Positions 41,325 to 51,053 of a DNA stretch of 64,000 nt are shown here, in pieces. The notes below the pieces were generated by a model, which ran no database searches, was not told the origin of the DNA, and saw only the letters and a program-made list of their open reading frames with translations. The DNA is taken from contig CALIXB010000026.1 in assembly GCA_938046775.1 (NCBI GenBank), positions 6,876-70,875 of the forward strand, read 5' to 3'. Positions within the stretch are counted from its first letter, which is position 1. Each line of letters starts with the position of its first letter. Source of the stretch: an uncultured Candidatus Saccharibacteria bacterium (GTDB taxonomy: Bacteria > Patescibacteriota > Saccharimonadia > Saccharimonadales > Saccharimonadaceae). A program made the position numbers and the translations under genes.

Positions 41325-41775
41325 CAGATCGATTCCTCTTATATTCGCTTATAATATCTGCAGGAACGCCAATATTTTTTAAGGCGTCTGGGGATTTTCT
41401 ATCATTAACACCTGTTATGACTGAATTACTCCTCAGGACTACATACACGCTATAGGTAGATTTGAATTTCTCGCTATAAATTTCTAATGCAACCAGCTTA
41501 AATTCGCCCTGCTCTTTTACTATTGAGTATTTTTTTAATTCACGATTACCATAGGTACTGGAAGTAGAGTTTAGCAATTCGGTGATAACTTTTTGTTCTG
41601 ACGATTGCTCGTGAGTATTATTTTGATTACTTTGATTCTCGTTAGTGCTTTGAGGTGATGGCAGGACGGTAGTATATTGATTACTGTTAGGGTTTTTAAT
41701 AATAAGGAAAGTTGCCGTAATGCTTATTAAAAATAATATGAATGATATTAGTATGACTTTATTTTCCTTATTCAT
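41317..41775 (-). CDS. Membrane-anchored hypothetical protein, T4SS-like operon
   Basis: N-terminal TM, S/T/N/Q linker; TAATG overlap with upstream stop. Confidence 0.6.
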   Translation of the reverse strand: MNKENKVILISFILFLISITATFLIIKNPNSNQYTTVLPSPQSTNENQSNQNNTHEQSSEQKVITELLNSTSSTYGNRELKKYSIVKEQGEFKLVALEIYSEKFKSTYSVYVVLRSNSVITGVNDRKSPDALKNIGVPADIISEYKRNRSDV

Positions 41776-44700
41776 TAGACCTTCCTCGCATATTCCCAGT
41801 GCCATTGTTCAGGTTTGCTACCACCTGGTTCAGCCCAAGCTGGATGTACATAACCGTATTTATGAGCATTAGCCTTCAGCCAATTGTATGTAGAAGACCC
41901 AAATGCGCCAACTTCAATATCTGCGGCAAGTCCCCAGCCGTGGTTTGATATACATGGGGGAGCTGGAGCCGCTCTTGATCCTAATTCTTTGCTGTATCTA
42001 ATCTGGGTTGCGCAATCTCGATATGCTTCATTAATGGTTAAGTCGGATCCGTTATCGGCTTTATATGCTTTGTTCATCTCTTCCATAGCCGTCGCAGCTT
42101 TCTTATTCATCTTGTTGCCTGGTGAGAAAGATAAAGTTTGCAATTCTGAATCTGGAATTTCTCCGTTGCTATGACCTCCCCATCCGTCTTGCTGCGCCTC
42201 TTCTAATTGGGGTTCGCCAACCGCCTCGCCATTATCTGGAGCTTTAGTTGTGGTTGAAGGAGTATCTTCTTCGTCATCTTCGCCATTAATTGATTGGGCA
42301 ATCTGAAAATCAATTAGTAATACGGACATAGCGGAAAGTTTTCTGTCATCGTACTGCTTAGCGGAGTTTTCAGCTCCGAAAGATTCGTTAGTAACATCTT
42401 TACCTTCTGCATCTTTGTAAGTAGTACTTGTAGTAGTTGTCGCTGCTTGTTTTGAATTTGTTGGTGCTACACATCCGCCACTATTAAACCAGTAATTTCC
42501 GCTACTCGCGTCACTACAATCTTCAATGAAATCGTAAAGGGGTGTACCTTCAACTATGTATCCATTAGTCATGAGATCGGATATTGTTGCGCCATCTGGA
42601 ATATCTGCATCTTTCTTTATCCATCCTTCATCTTCGGCAATCTGTATAGCTTCCTCTACCGACATATTATCCTGGCTTTTAGTTATACCCGTACATGGTA
42701 ATCCTGCTAAATTTATAGCCGGATCTTCGGATGACCCACTTCCCATATAAAAGTCTTTTGCGTATCCACAATATTTATCAGAATACATACCGTTTGCTGC
42801 TTTTGCAGTGGATGAATAAGACAATGCCATAGAGGGTAGCCTGAGAATATTAGATAGCATTGCTACTGGAGTTTTACTATAAGTTCCATTAGCCATCATC
42901 ATATTACCCATATTATGGAATATACTACCTAAGAATGTATATCTACTTGATGTATCAAATGGACTTAAAGAGGCTATGTCCATTTCTTTTTGGAATTCTT
43001 CGTTTGCTATTTGGATTCCATTGAATTCTGCCAATTGGCTCATTTTAAGACCTGGTAGCATCTGCCCCATAGATCCGCTTGCAAAGAACGCTGCCGCTCC
43101 AACGCCAAGTGCATCACCTAAATCCTTATACTGGGCATTATTTGGTACAAGGAGTTTCTTTGCTAGTTCTTCAAGAATTGTTTTAACTTGTTCGCCTACC
43201 GCTACCTCCGCTACCTTTGTAACTATTGCACCGATAGTTTGGCTTCCTGCCCAAGTTAACAATTTAGTCCATCCACCGGTGGCGGCGGTAGCTACACTCT
43301 CTATGGCCATAAAAGCGTACATTGTAATTGGACTAAGTATAAAGTCACAAGCTCCTTGAGTAGCACCTTTAAGGTCATTGATTTTGCGAATTATGGGATT
43401 TGTAACTATTGAATATCCTGGCACATAATTTTTAGCAATTCCTGGCTTGTCATTATTGACACCCATTGCTGCAAGGAGAAATGGAGAGTCCAGAGCTGAT
43501 CCTTCGGTGTTTTCAGACCCTTTCATTTTACCTCTTTGAGTGAGCATGTCGCCTATAGTTTCCATCGTTTCTTGAGAGAACCCACTGCCTGCAGATTCGG
43601 CAGCTGAAGCCTTCTGACCGAATAATGACGCTGCGGCAGGTTGACTATCTAACCCAGAAGCTTTAGCCTGCGATCCGGGAGATAATATTACATCCATAAC
43701 CAAGCCAAGCAGAGGAGCTAGCTGAACTGCAGTAACTCCTGCTGCGATAATATTTGGAATTTTTACAGCTAAGCAATAACTAGCAGCAATAGTGTAGGCT
43801 AGTGCCCCTTTTTTTAATTTACCTCCCATCTTATTAATTCCGGTCTTAACGTTATTGATGGCTGTGCTGTTATTAAATTTTGGCATCCCCTCTCGGAATT
43901 TTTTTATCCTCTCTGCTACTTTAAGTTTTTTATCGATTTTTGACATCGCACTGTTTCTTTTAAGATTGAACTTATTGTAGAGCTTACTCATATGCTTTCC
44001 TGTCCAGGCGCGGAAACGCATTTTAAATAAGCCAGTTCTGCCATAGACTTTACTGGCAATTTTACGATTCTCTTTCTTTAGCAATTCGTCTTTTAATTTT
44101 GACGACTCAATAGGTTTCCCATCGTTTAATCCTTCCACCTTCCAGTGCGTTGGTTTTTTTTCTGGATAACCAGTTTTCTTCAGCTTCATTTCATTGCCGT
44201 CAGCATCGACTGGAATAATTCCCGATTTCTTGAACTTCGTTAGTGCTTTATAGGACAACTTTCCTGTTCTACATCTTATCTTCTTACTGCTATTAGCGCA
44301 GACTCCTGTACTATCTTCAGAATCCAGTAATCCGTTCATAACCTGTTTGCTTCTGGATATTTTAGCGGATGTGGCGGAGTCGTTTTTCCAGGTGAAATTC
44401 TCCATAATATTTTGTAGCATTGTAGCTGGGCTAAGAAATATTCCCATAATTCCACCGCCCAGTCCCAATATTCCGGCAATAGCTGCAATTGGTCCACGTT
44501 TTTTCAGTAAAGACTTAAATGTTACTGGACTTTTCTTTTTCCCTGCAGACGGTTGATAAAAACCATTATTAGGTATGGAAGATTCTTGCCCATTGACTGC
44601 TTCACTGGCGGAATCGTTTCTGTTAGGATCTAAGTCAGAATCTTTATTATCAAATTGAGATTCAAGGTCATTTATGGCATCTTTTTCGCGATTGCTCAAC

Positions 44701-44807
44701 TCTGATCCGCTATCAAGATCGGCTGAGATTTGATCGAACCTAGCCTGCTCGGCAGGATTTAATCTACTGTCAGTCTCGGAATCTGTCGTATAGTCAACTC
44801 GCGCCAT
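41775..44807 (-). CDS. Large membrane protein with C-terminal M15 (VanY-like) zinc peptidase
   Basis: TM near residue 110; C-terminal AYR...Q, SNHGWGLAAD, EQWHWEY. Confidence 0.8.
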   Translation of the reverse strand: MARVDYTTDSETDSRLNPAEQARFDQISADLDSGSELSNREKDAINDLESQFDNKDSDLDPNRNDSASEAVNGQESSIPNNGFYQPSAGKKKSPVTFKSLLKKRGPIAAIAGILGLGGGIMGIFLSPATMLQNIMENFTWKNDSATSAKISRSKQVMNGLLDSEDSTGVCANSSKKIRCRTGKLSYKALTKFKKSGIIPVDADGNEMKLKKTGYPEKKPTHWKVEGLNDGKPIESSKLKDELLKKENRKIASKVYGRTGLFKMRFRAWTGKHMSKLYNKFNLKRNSAMSKIDKKLKVAERIKKFREGMPKFNNSTAINNVKTGINKMGGKLKKGALAYTIAASYCLAVKIPNIIAAGVTAVQLAPLLGLVMDVILSPGSQAKASGLDSQPAAASLFGQKASAAESAGSGFSQETMETIGDMLTQRGKMKGSENTEGSALDSPFLLAAMGVNNDKPGIAKNYVPGYSIVTNPIIRKINDLKGATQGACDFILSPITMYAFMAIESVATAATGGWTKLLTWAGSQTIGAIVTKVAEVAVGEQVKTILEELAKKLLVPNNAQYKDLGDALGVGAAAFFASGSMGQMLPGLKMSQLAEFNGIQIANEEFQKEMDIASLSPFDTSSRYTFLGSIFHNMGNMMMANGTYSKTPVAMLSNILRLPSMALSYSSTAKAANGMYSDKYCGYAKDFYMGSGSSEDPAINLAGLPCTGITKSQDNMSVEEAIQIAEDEGWIKKDADIPDGATISDLMTNGYIVEGTPLYDFIEDCSDASSGNYWFNSGGCVAPTNSKQAATTTTSTTYKDAEGKDVTNESFGAENSAKQYDDRKLSAMSVLLIDFQIAQSINGEDDEEDTPSTTTKAPDNGEAVGEPQLEEAQQDGWGGHSNGEIPDSELQTLSFSPGNKMNKKAATAMEEMNKAYKADNGSDLTINEAYRDCATQIRYSKELGSRAAPAPPCISNHGWGLAADIEVGAFGSSTYNWLKANAHKYGYVHPAWAEPGGSKPEQWHWEYARKV

Positions 44808-44810
44808 ATT

Positions 44811-46670
44811 TTATACTTCTCCGTAACCGCCAATTGGTGTATCAGACGGCTTTACTTGTTGAGCTACGGGATTGGTGTTAATCAGGTTATACTCAGTGTC
44901 GCTAGCTTGAATTTGGATATGAACGTGATTTTGCCCAGCAAAGAATAAGCCTTGACCAACTGGGAAGTTAGATAGTCGTTTTTGCTCTTCATCGGTCAAT
45001 TTAAATACCTGGGCAAGGACATCAACAGCGCTGGTGGATTGTTTTAATAGTAATTGCATTGATGAGTTGGAGACTATGGCGCGACCCATCTTGCTGCCAA
45101 CAAAATCTTCCACGTCCTGAGTGATAGTGGTTAATCCTAATTGATACTTACGAGCGCGCTTTGCTAGGGAGAATAAGAAATTGGCGGAATCATCATATTT
45201 CATCAATTGCCATGCCTCATCCACGATCAGCATGCGCTTTTTCTGGTCGGTGCGTGTAATATTCCAGATGTGGTTCAGGACAATATACATCGCGGTTGGT
45301 CGAAGTTCGTCTTCAAGGTCACGAATATTAAACACCACCATATTATTGTTGATGTCAATATTACTTTGCTGTGAGAAAATACCAGCAAATGTTCCAGAGG
45401 TAAATTTGCGGAGTCGTTGTGCCAGGCTTGGTCCAGTGCCGCCCATGTGAAGCAATGTGTCATATAAGTCAGAAATAGTTGGAGGAGTAGAGTTGTGAGT
45501 CAGTGGATCAGATGTAATGCCAACTCGCGCATAGGTATCAATGAGCGCTTGATCGATATCTGCTTCTTCCGCCGGCGTTAATCCCGCTACAACTTGCCCG
45601 CCAGCTGTTGTTTGCGCCCCGCCTAGCATTTGTCGCAATAATCCATGCAGCGTTACTAGGTTTGCTCTTAAAGCGTCGTCCGCCTCGTCGGTATCGATGA
45701 CTCGCGGTAAGTCAAAAGGATTAATCCTTGTATCACTATTTAAGCTCAATCTAATATAACTGCCGCCCACTGCATCGCATAATTTTTGATACTCATTTTC
45801 TGGGTCAATAATCACAATGTCTGACCCAACCATCATACTTCTTAGGGCCTCTAATTTAACGGTAAATGATTTACCAGCACCAGATTTAGCGAACACCACC
45901 ATATTGGCATTTTCCAGACTAAACCTATCAAAAATCACCAGGCCGTTATTGTGCATATTAATTCCATACAGGACGCCCTTATTATCCGTCAGATCGGCTG
46001 AAGTGAATGGGAAGCTGGTAGAAATTGCGCCCGTATTCATATTACGGCGAATTTGCAGCTCATCGGTTAACTGTGGAACTGTGCTATTGAGCCCCTGCTC
46101 TTGTTGACTGGAGGCGACTTTGGAGAAGACTAATTGTTGTCCAAATATTGTTTCAATCTTATGTTGCACGAAGTTTAGCTCATCCATACTATCGGCATAA
46201 ATTGTAATATATAGACCGTAGCGGAAGAATTTTTCCGCCCCAATCTGTAGCTGATCACGCAGTTCTTCTGCATCTTGCAGAGCAGCTTCCAGTCCTGGAT
46301 CGCGCACACGCCCCTTTTCTGAATTGATATTCATGCTAGCTTCCAGCTGGGTAACTTTTTTGCGCAGATTATTCAACACAATTTGCGTATCAACCGGATA
46401 AATAAACATACTAATATCCAACACCTCGTCGATATTAATCACCGAACTGAGCCAGCCGGTGTAGATCTGTCGCGGATAGCCGTAAACATACATGGTACGA
46501 CCATATTTTGAACCTAGTCGGAAATGATCGGAATGAAGTTCAATGCTACTTGGTGCGATAAAATCACGCAGCGTACGGACACCGGTTAAAAAGGCCTGCT
46601 CAACTTCAGCCTGTTCGCGTGCTCGTTGTTGTGCGGCAATATCAACAGCGTCTAATTTCTTCTTTGCCAT
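44811..46670 (-). CDS. virB4: VirB4-like type IV secretion ATPase
   Basis: NANMVVFAKSGAGKS, IIDPENEY, INPFD, IVDEAW, RARKY, TQD. Confidence 0.88.
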   Translation of the reverse strand: MAKKKLDAVDIAAQQRAREQAEVEQAFLTGVRTLRDFIAPSSIELHSDHFRLGSKYGRTMYVYGYPRQIYTGWLSSVINIDEVLDISMFIYPVDTQIVLNNLRKKVTQLEASMNINSEKGRVRDPGLEAALQDAEELRDQLQIGAEKFFRYGLYITIYADSMDELNFVQHKIETIFGQQLVFSKVASSQQEQGLNSTVPQLTDELQIRRNMNTGAISTSFPFTSADLTDNKGVLYGINMHNNGLVIFDRFSLENANMVVFAKSGAGKSFTVKLEALRSMMVGSDIVIIDPENEYQKLCDAVGGSYIRLSLNSDTRINPFDLPRVIDTDEADDALRANLVTLHGLLRQMLGGAQTTAGGQVVAGLTPAEEADIDQALIDTYARVGITSDPLTHNSTPPTISDLYDTLLHMGGTGPSLAQRLRKFTSGTFAGIFSQQSNIDINNNMVVFNIRDLEDELRPTAMYIVLNHIWNITRTDQKKRMLIVDEAWQLMKYDDSANFLFSLAKRARKYQLGLTTITQDVEDFVGSKMGRAIVSNSSMQLLLKQSTSAVDVLAQVFKLTDEEQKRLSNFPVGQGLFFAGQNHVHIQIQASDTEYNLINTNPVAQQVKPSDTPIGGYGEV

Positions 46671-47554
46671 TATAGTCTTTCTCCTGTTGGTGCTTGTCCT
46701 GTGCCTTTAGTGACGTAGGTAGTAGTGAGTTCACTCGGGTCGATTTCTGACAGTGATTCGCGTGATGATGTGTCGGGATTATATGAAGTGTAGAATAACT
46801 CGCCCAACTGCCTGGTGTTTAATTGCCAGCTTTTTACTCCAATTTGGAACAAGCCGCTCATTACCGAATCGATACGATTTTTTATCTCATCCTTTGCCTT
46901 CGTGTATGTAACCTGATCAATTTTTGTTACAGTCGCTTCTTTTTTTCCGCTGAAGAAACTACTAAATAGTCCTTTTGTTTGTTGTTTGAAGGCATTTTCT
47001 TCACCAGCAGGATAATACGGTACAACTACGTAAAAACTTTTATCCATAATGTTTGCTTCTTGTGCTAGAACATCAATAAAGTCCATATAATCATCCATCA
47101 GAACATTGAGTAACATGTTATCTTGATTACGTCTGATATCGGCTAATCTGTCTAGATAAGGCCCAATGTCTACCCGGCGTGAACGGACCAGAATTTGAAC
47201 TGGAAAATACAGAGAATTTATGAAGTTTTGATAACTGAACTCTATTCCCTCTCTTTCGCGCGAGCTCATCAGGTCAAAGTTAATTGATTCACATTCAATT
47301 ACTGCCCGGAAGCTACCATCACTCATGATAATCATATTTTCACGCATTTCAGAAAACAGGAGAGTATTTTGAGTGCTGATTGGTCCACTCTGTTTTTTAT
47401 TTTCTGGTGACTTATCCGGGGTTGGTGTAGTGGCAGATCCTGCTATGGTTGTATTTACGGCGGATTGCTGAGGAATATTAGGAATAGCCGCATTGGTTTG
47501 CGGTAATTGCTGATTCAATTGCTGATTTTGTAACTCTGGTTGCATAAACCCCAC
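46670..47554 (-). CDS. TraC/VirB4 N-terminal-like T4SS component
   Basis: STQNTL, INFDLMS..E.E, NSLYFPVQIL, FYVVVPY, YNP; coupled to virB4. Confidence 0.65.
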   Translation of the reverse strand: MGFMQPELQNQQLNQQLPQTNAAIPNIPQQSAVNTTIAGSATTPTPDKSPENKKQSGPISTQNTLLFSEMRENMIIMSDGSFRAVIECESINFDLMSSREREGIEFSYQNFINSLYFPVQILVRSRRVDIGPYLDRLADIRRNQDNMLLNVLMDDYMDFIDVLAQEANIMDKSFYVVVPYYPAGEENAFKQQTKGLFSSFFSGKKEATVTKIDQVTYTKAKDEIKNRIDSVMSGLFQIGVKSWQLNTRQLGELFYTSYNPDTSSRESLSEIDPSELTTTYVTKGTGQAPTGERL

Positions 47555-48439
47555 CTAACGTAATGAAATCACTACTTCCTCTTCTGCTAATTTATTTTCT
47601 TGCTGAATTCGATTTGCCTCACGTGAAATCGTTTCAACCGAAAGGTCGCTGTGATTATTTGCCAAATCTATTATAGCAGGTGATACGTCGTTTAAGCTAG
47701 TTTGCGGTGTGGCAGTCGGTTGGCTATTAGTAGGTTTATTGTCTGATAGCGGATTTATGGTTGACTGGTGCATTGTTGGGTATGGATTAACTATGAGTTG
47801 CGCTGTTGGAATAGAGTTTGTCGATTGAGAAGTTGCTACCGTTGTCGTTTGTGCTGTTTGCATCTTTTGAATTACTTCTTCTCTTCTGCGTATATCCGAT
47901 TGTCTCATTAAATTATTAATGTTTTGTGCCGTAGTGCTATTTTCATCTAGGATATCATTAGCTGCCCGACCCTCATTAAACAGATCCGCTTGCATCGAAC
48001 TATTCGGGTTATTAACTCCACGAATTGACCAACCTTGGCTATCTACCAGGTTTGCTAGGTATGACAATCGCCGCTGAACCTCAGCTTGATCGTATTTATT
48101 GCCATATATCTTCTCCTCAGTTTTTGGTGCGACAACTTCTACTAACGTTTCAATACCGTCAGGTTGCCATAGGCGTTTTTTTGGTTTTAACATAAAAGAA
48201 ATAACTGCCGCAAGGTATACTTCCATCGGTTGATCTTTTTTAAGAGGTAAAGCTAAAGCCCCAAAAAACAAAACAACCGGCATTGGAATTAAAAATAAGG
48301 GTAGTAACAATTGACTTAAAGCATACGCAATACCAATTCCAGCAACTGCGATAATTAAAAACACAAACTGCCGGAAACTAAATGGTCCAAGTAGTTTGTC
48401 CTCCGCCTCAACATCCTGAGGAACTTTATATATAGACAT
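47555..48439 (-). CDS. PrgI-family (VirB3-like) protein
   Basis: YKVPQDVEAEDKLLGPFSFRQF + two TMs + PKKRLW. Confidence 0.8.
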   Translation of the reverse strand: MSIYKVPQDVEAEDKLLGPFSFRQFVFLIIAVAGIGIAYALSQLLLPLFLIPMPVVLFFGALALPLKKDQPMEVYLAAVISFMLKPKKRLWQPDGIETLVEVVAPKTEEKIYGNKYDQAEVQRRLSYLANLVDSQGWSIRGVNNPNSSMQADLFNEGRAANDILDENSTTAQNINNLMRQSDIRRREEVIQKMQTAQTTTVATSQSTNSIPTAQLIVNPYPTMHQSTINPLSDNKPTNSQPTATPQTSLNDVSPAIIDLANNHSDLSVETISREANRIQQENKLAEEEVVISLR

Positions 48440-48469
48440 ACTGCTTATATTATATCAAAATCACAGCTA

Positions 48470-51007
48470 TTATAGTATGTTTCGGAAACTCTCAAATTGT
48501 TCTTTGGCGGCATCTGTTACGTTTGCAGATAATCTCCTGTCGGTAAGAATTGTGTTGATAACTTTCTTAAGATCTTGACGTTTCTTATCAGTAATAACAG
48601 ATGTAGTATTTACAGCTTCTATCAACAACTTAACGGCATCAGCATCCGTAGACGCTAAGGTCTCAGGCCTGTATTTACCACCCTCTAGCCATTCAGCAAA
48701 GTGGTTCATTAGGTCTCCCCTGTTATTAATATCGCCCTTCAGCATATCATCGATGAGCTTACCTCCCATAAAGGACGCCTTATTCCTTACACCAGATTCC
48801 GCTAGCGCTGAAGCTGCAGAAGAATAGAATTCTGGCGGCAATTCACTAAGAAGCTCGGCGACTTCTGCTGCGGTACCGTATTTAATCTGCTCTTCAATTG
48901 CGGCTTCACGTACGAATATACTATCTCCAGATAAATTAACTCCACCAGGAAGACTTATAGATACTTTGTCTAGGGCTAATCCCTGCCTCTGTTTTGCATC
49001 TAATTTGTAGTGCTTTATAATTTGGCGAGCCTCGTCAATTGACTTGGCATATTCGCTACGGCTGGTTGCTATGGCTGAAGCTAAGGCCGCATTTGCACCA
49101 ATCAAATTGCCATTTGCATCTTTGAATACGTGCCCGCCAGCCTTCTCTCGAAGCTCCTTGCTGTTTATCAATTGCTCTGCAAATTCACTATGCTGCTGGC
49201 GTTGAGCGTTATTCTTAATTAGTCCAGACACTGCAATTTCTGTTTCTAAGTCTTTAATATCATTCATGAATGCAGTTTGCTGCTGATGAGCTTTCAAATC
49301 TTGTCGAGTTGCATAGGTAGCTGACACGGCTCGTAGAGCGCGATCGTACAGAGGTCTCTTTCCATACGTATCAGTTGGTGTATGGCCCAAAGTCGCTTCG
49401 AGGTAGCGATTATCATCTTGTGCGGATAACAGATCTGCACGCCTGGAAGCCTGTCTAGCCTCTAAGTCTAACTTCTTATACCTGTCTGTATCTCTAAATG
49501 AATTCTCGGCATTTTTCTGTGAAGTTTCCAGATCTTTTTTGAGTGCTCTACCTTTATGATCTGCCCAACGGCGTAAACGATTTGGGTTGAATCGTGCCAT
49601 ATTGGGATTAGCCAACTTCTTGTTTTTAATGATCTCACGACGATCTTTAGACCAGTTCTTAGTCCTGTCGTATAAGCCTTTATTCTTGTCATTAACAAAC
49701 CCAGCAAACTTACCTAATACTCCGCCACTGAGCTTCATAATTAGAGGAGTTATAGCCAAAGGTATTATTTGAACCAGCATGCCTAGTACATGCATTATTG
49801 CGCCATTTGGACCAGAGGCATTTTGTATAATTAATATTCCCGCCAGTTGAGCTCCACCGAATACTACAGCGAATGCTGGGAAAAATACTAGCATTGTTAA
49901 GAATAAATCTCGCCATTTCTTAAACCATTTTTCTGTTCCGGGCAATAAGTAGCAAACAAATGCTAGTGGTGAAACTATAATTAATATAATAATAAGTGCT
50001 TGACGAGCCGCCATAATTAGGAGTATGAAGAGTAAAGTTAAGCCAGCTAATGTCGCGGCAGGTACTAACATTGGTAATATTTCAGTAGTAAGTGCTAGTG
50101 ATACGGCGTATCCTGCTCCTACCGCCAGTGCTCCATTCGACAGCGCTGTACTGATAACCTCCGACCACGTCCATGTACTTGTATTTTCTCCTACGGTGGA
50201 TATGGTATTTTTAATTCCCATGAAAGCGTCTTGGAAAGCGTAGCCGGCTATGTTTGATAAGTCTAGTAATATAGCACAAAACGTGAATGATAAATTGACC
50301 AACACCGCCGCAATTACTAACCTAGGAATCATTTTTTTAACGCCGTAATTGCTAATTCCTATAGAGGTCAATTGTGAGTAGATAATCACCAAAAACGCCA
50401 CAATAAACGCCACGTTGCTAATGTTGCGCATAATAACCCACGCCAGATAAATTCCACTGTTTTGGTTGGTTGTTTCTAATGGCTTAGTTTTTAAGAACTC
50501 CTGAAGTGCGCTGTACATATAATCTATGCCATCAGCCAGCCAGTTGGAGAGTGGACAGATAATCCAACCTATTCCCTGTACATCACAGGAAGTGCTGGTT
50601 GAATTTTCAGATGGCAATTCAATCGAAATAGTTGAAGTGCTGGTTTGCTCGTAGGTGTTTGGTGGCGTAAATGAATAAACCGCGTAGGTTGCCGAGCTTA
50701 GTGAAGATATTTCGCTTGATGGGAAATAAATAACCTTGGTTTCTTTTTTATTCTTATCTTCATTAATATAAACAAGCGAATTATCCGGTAGGTTAAATTG
50801 TTTGATTTTCTTATCATCGCTTATTTTTGTATATTTTTCTTTATTATAGGTTAAATTATGACCGCTCCATTCTGCGTCTACGGCGTAAACAGAGGTTGAG
50901 TGTGTTAAGGTATTAAGAAAAATACCCACCAGCATCCCTGCCATCAGCAATACGAACCACTGCAGCCACTTGTTAAGAAGCTGCTTACGGGAAATTAACC
51001 ACTCCAT
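48470..51007 (-). CDS. VirB6/TrbL-like polytopic T4SS membrane protein, paralogue 1
   Basis: CxxxGIGWIICP, W..MRNISN, KKMIPRL, RQA.IIILII.SPLAF...LP.TE.WFKKW. Confidence 0.7.
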   Translation of the reverse strand: MEWLISRKQLLNKWLQWFVLLMAGMLVGIFLNTLTHSTSVYAVDAEWSGHNLTYNKEKYTKISDDKKIKQFNLPDNSLVYINEDKNKKETKVIYFPSSEISSLSSATYAVYSFTPPNTYEQTSTSTISIELPSENSTSTSCDVQGIGWIICPLSNWLADGIDYMYSALQEFLKTKPLETTNQNSGIYLAWVIMRNISNVAFIVAFLVIIYSQLTSIGISNYGVKKMIPRLVIAAVLVNLSFTFCAILLDLSNIAGYAFQDAFMGIKNTISTVGENTSTWTWSEVISTALSNGALAVGAGYAVSLALTTEILPMLVPAATLAGLTLLFILLIMAARQALIIILIIVSPLAFVCYLLPGTEKWFKKWRDLFLTMLVFFPAFAVVFGGAQLAGILIIQNASGPNGAIMHVLGMLVQIIPLAITPLIMKLSGGVLGKFAGFVNDKNKGLYDRTKNWSKDRREIIKNKKLANPNMARFNPNRLRRWADHKGRALKKDLETSQKNAENSFRDTDRYKKLDLEARQASRRADLLSAQDDNRYLEATLGHTPTDTYGKRPLYDRALRAVSATYATRQDLKAHQQQTAFMNDIKDLETEIAVSGLIKNNAQRQQHSEFAEQLINSKELREKAGGHVFKDANGNLIGANAALASAIATSRSEYAKSIDEARQIIKHYKLDAKQRQGLALDKVSISLPGGVNLSGDSIFVREAAIEEQIKYGTAAEVAELLSELPPEFYSSAASALAESGVRNKASFMGGKLIDDMLKGDINNRGDLMNHFAEWLEGGKYRPETLASTDADAVKLLIEAVNTTSVITDKKRQDLKKVINTILTDRRLSANVTDAAKEQFESFRNIL

Positions 51008-51053
51008 CTGTGGTTATATTAGCATTTTTAAGAGAAAAAGTCAAGAGAAGAGG

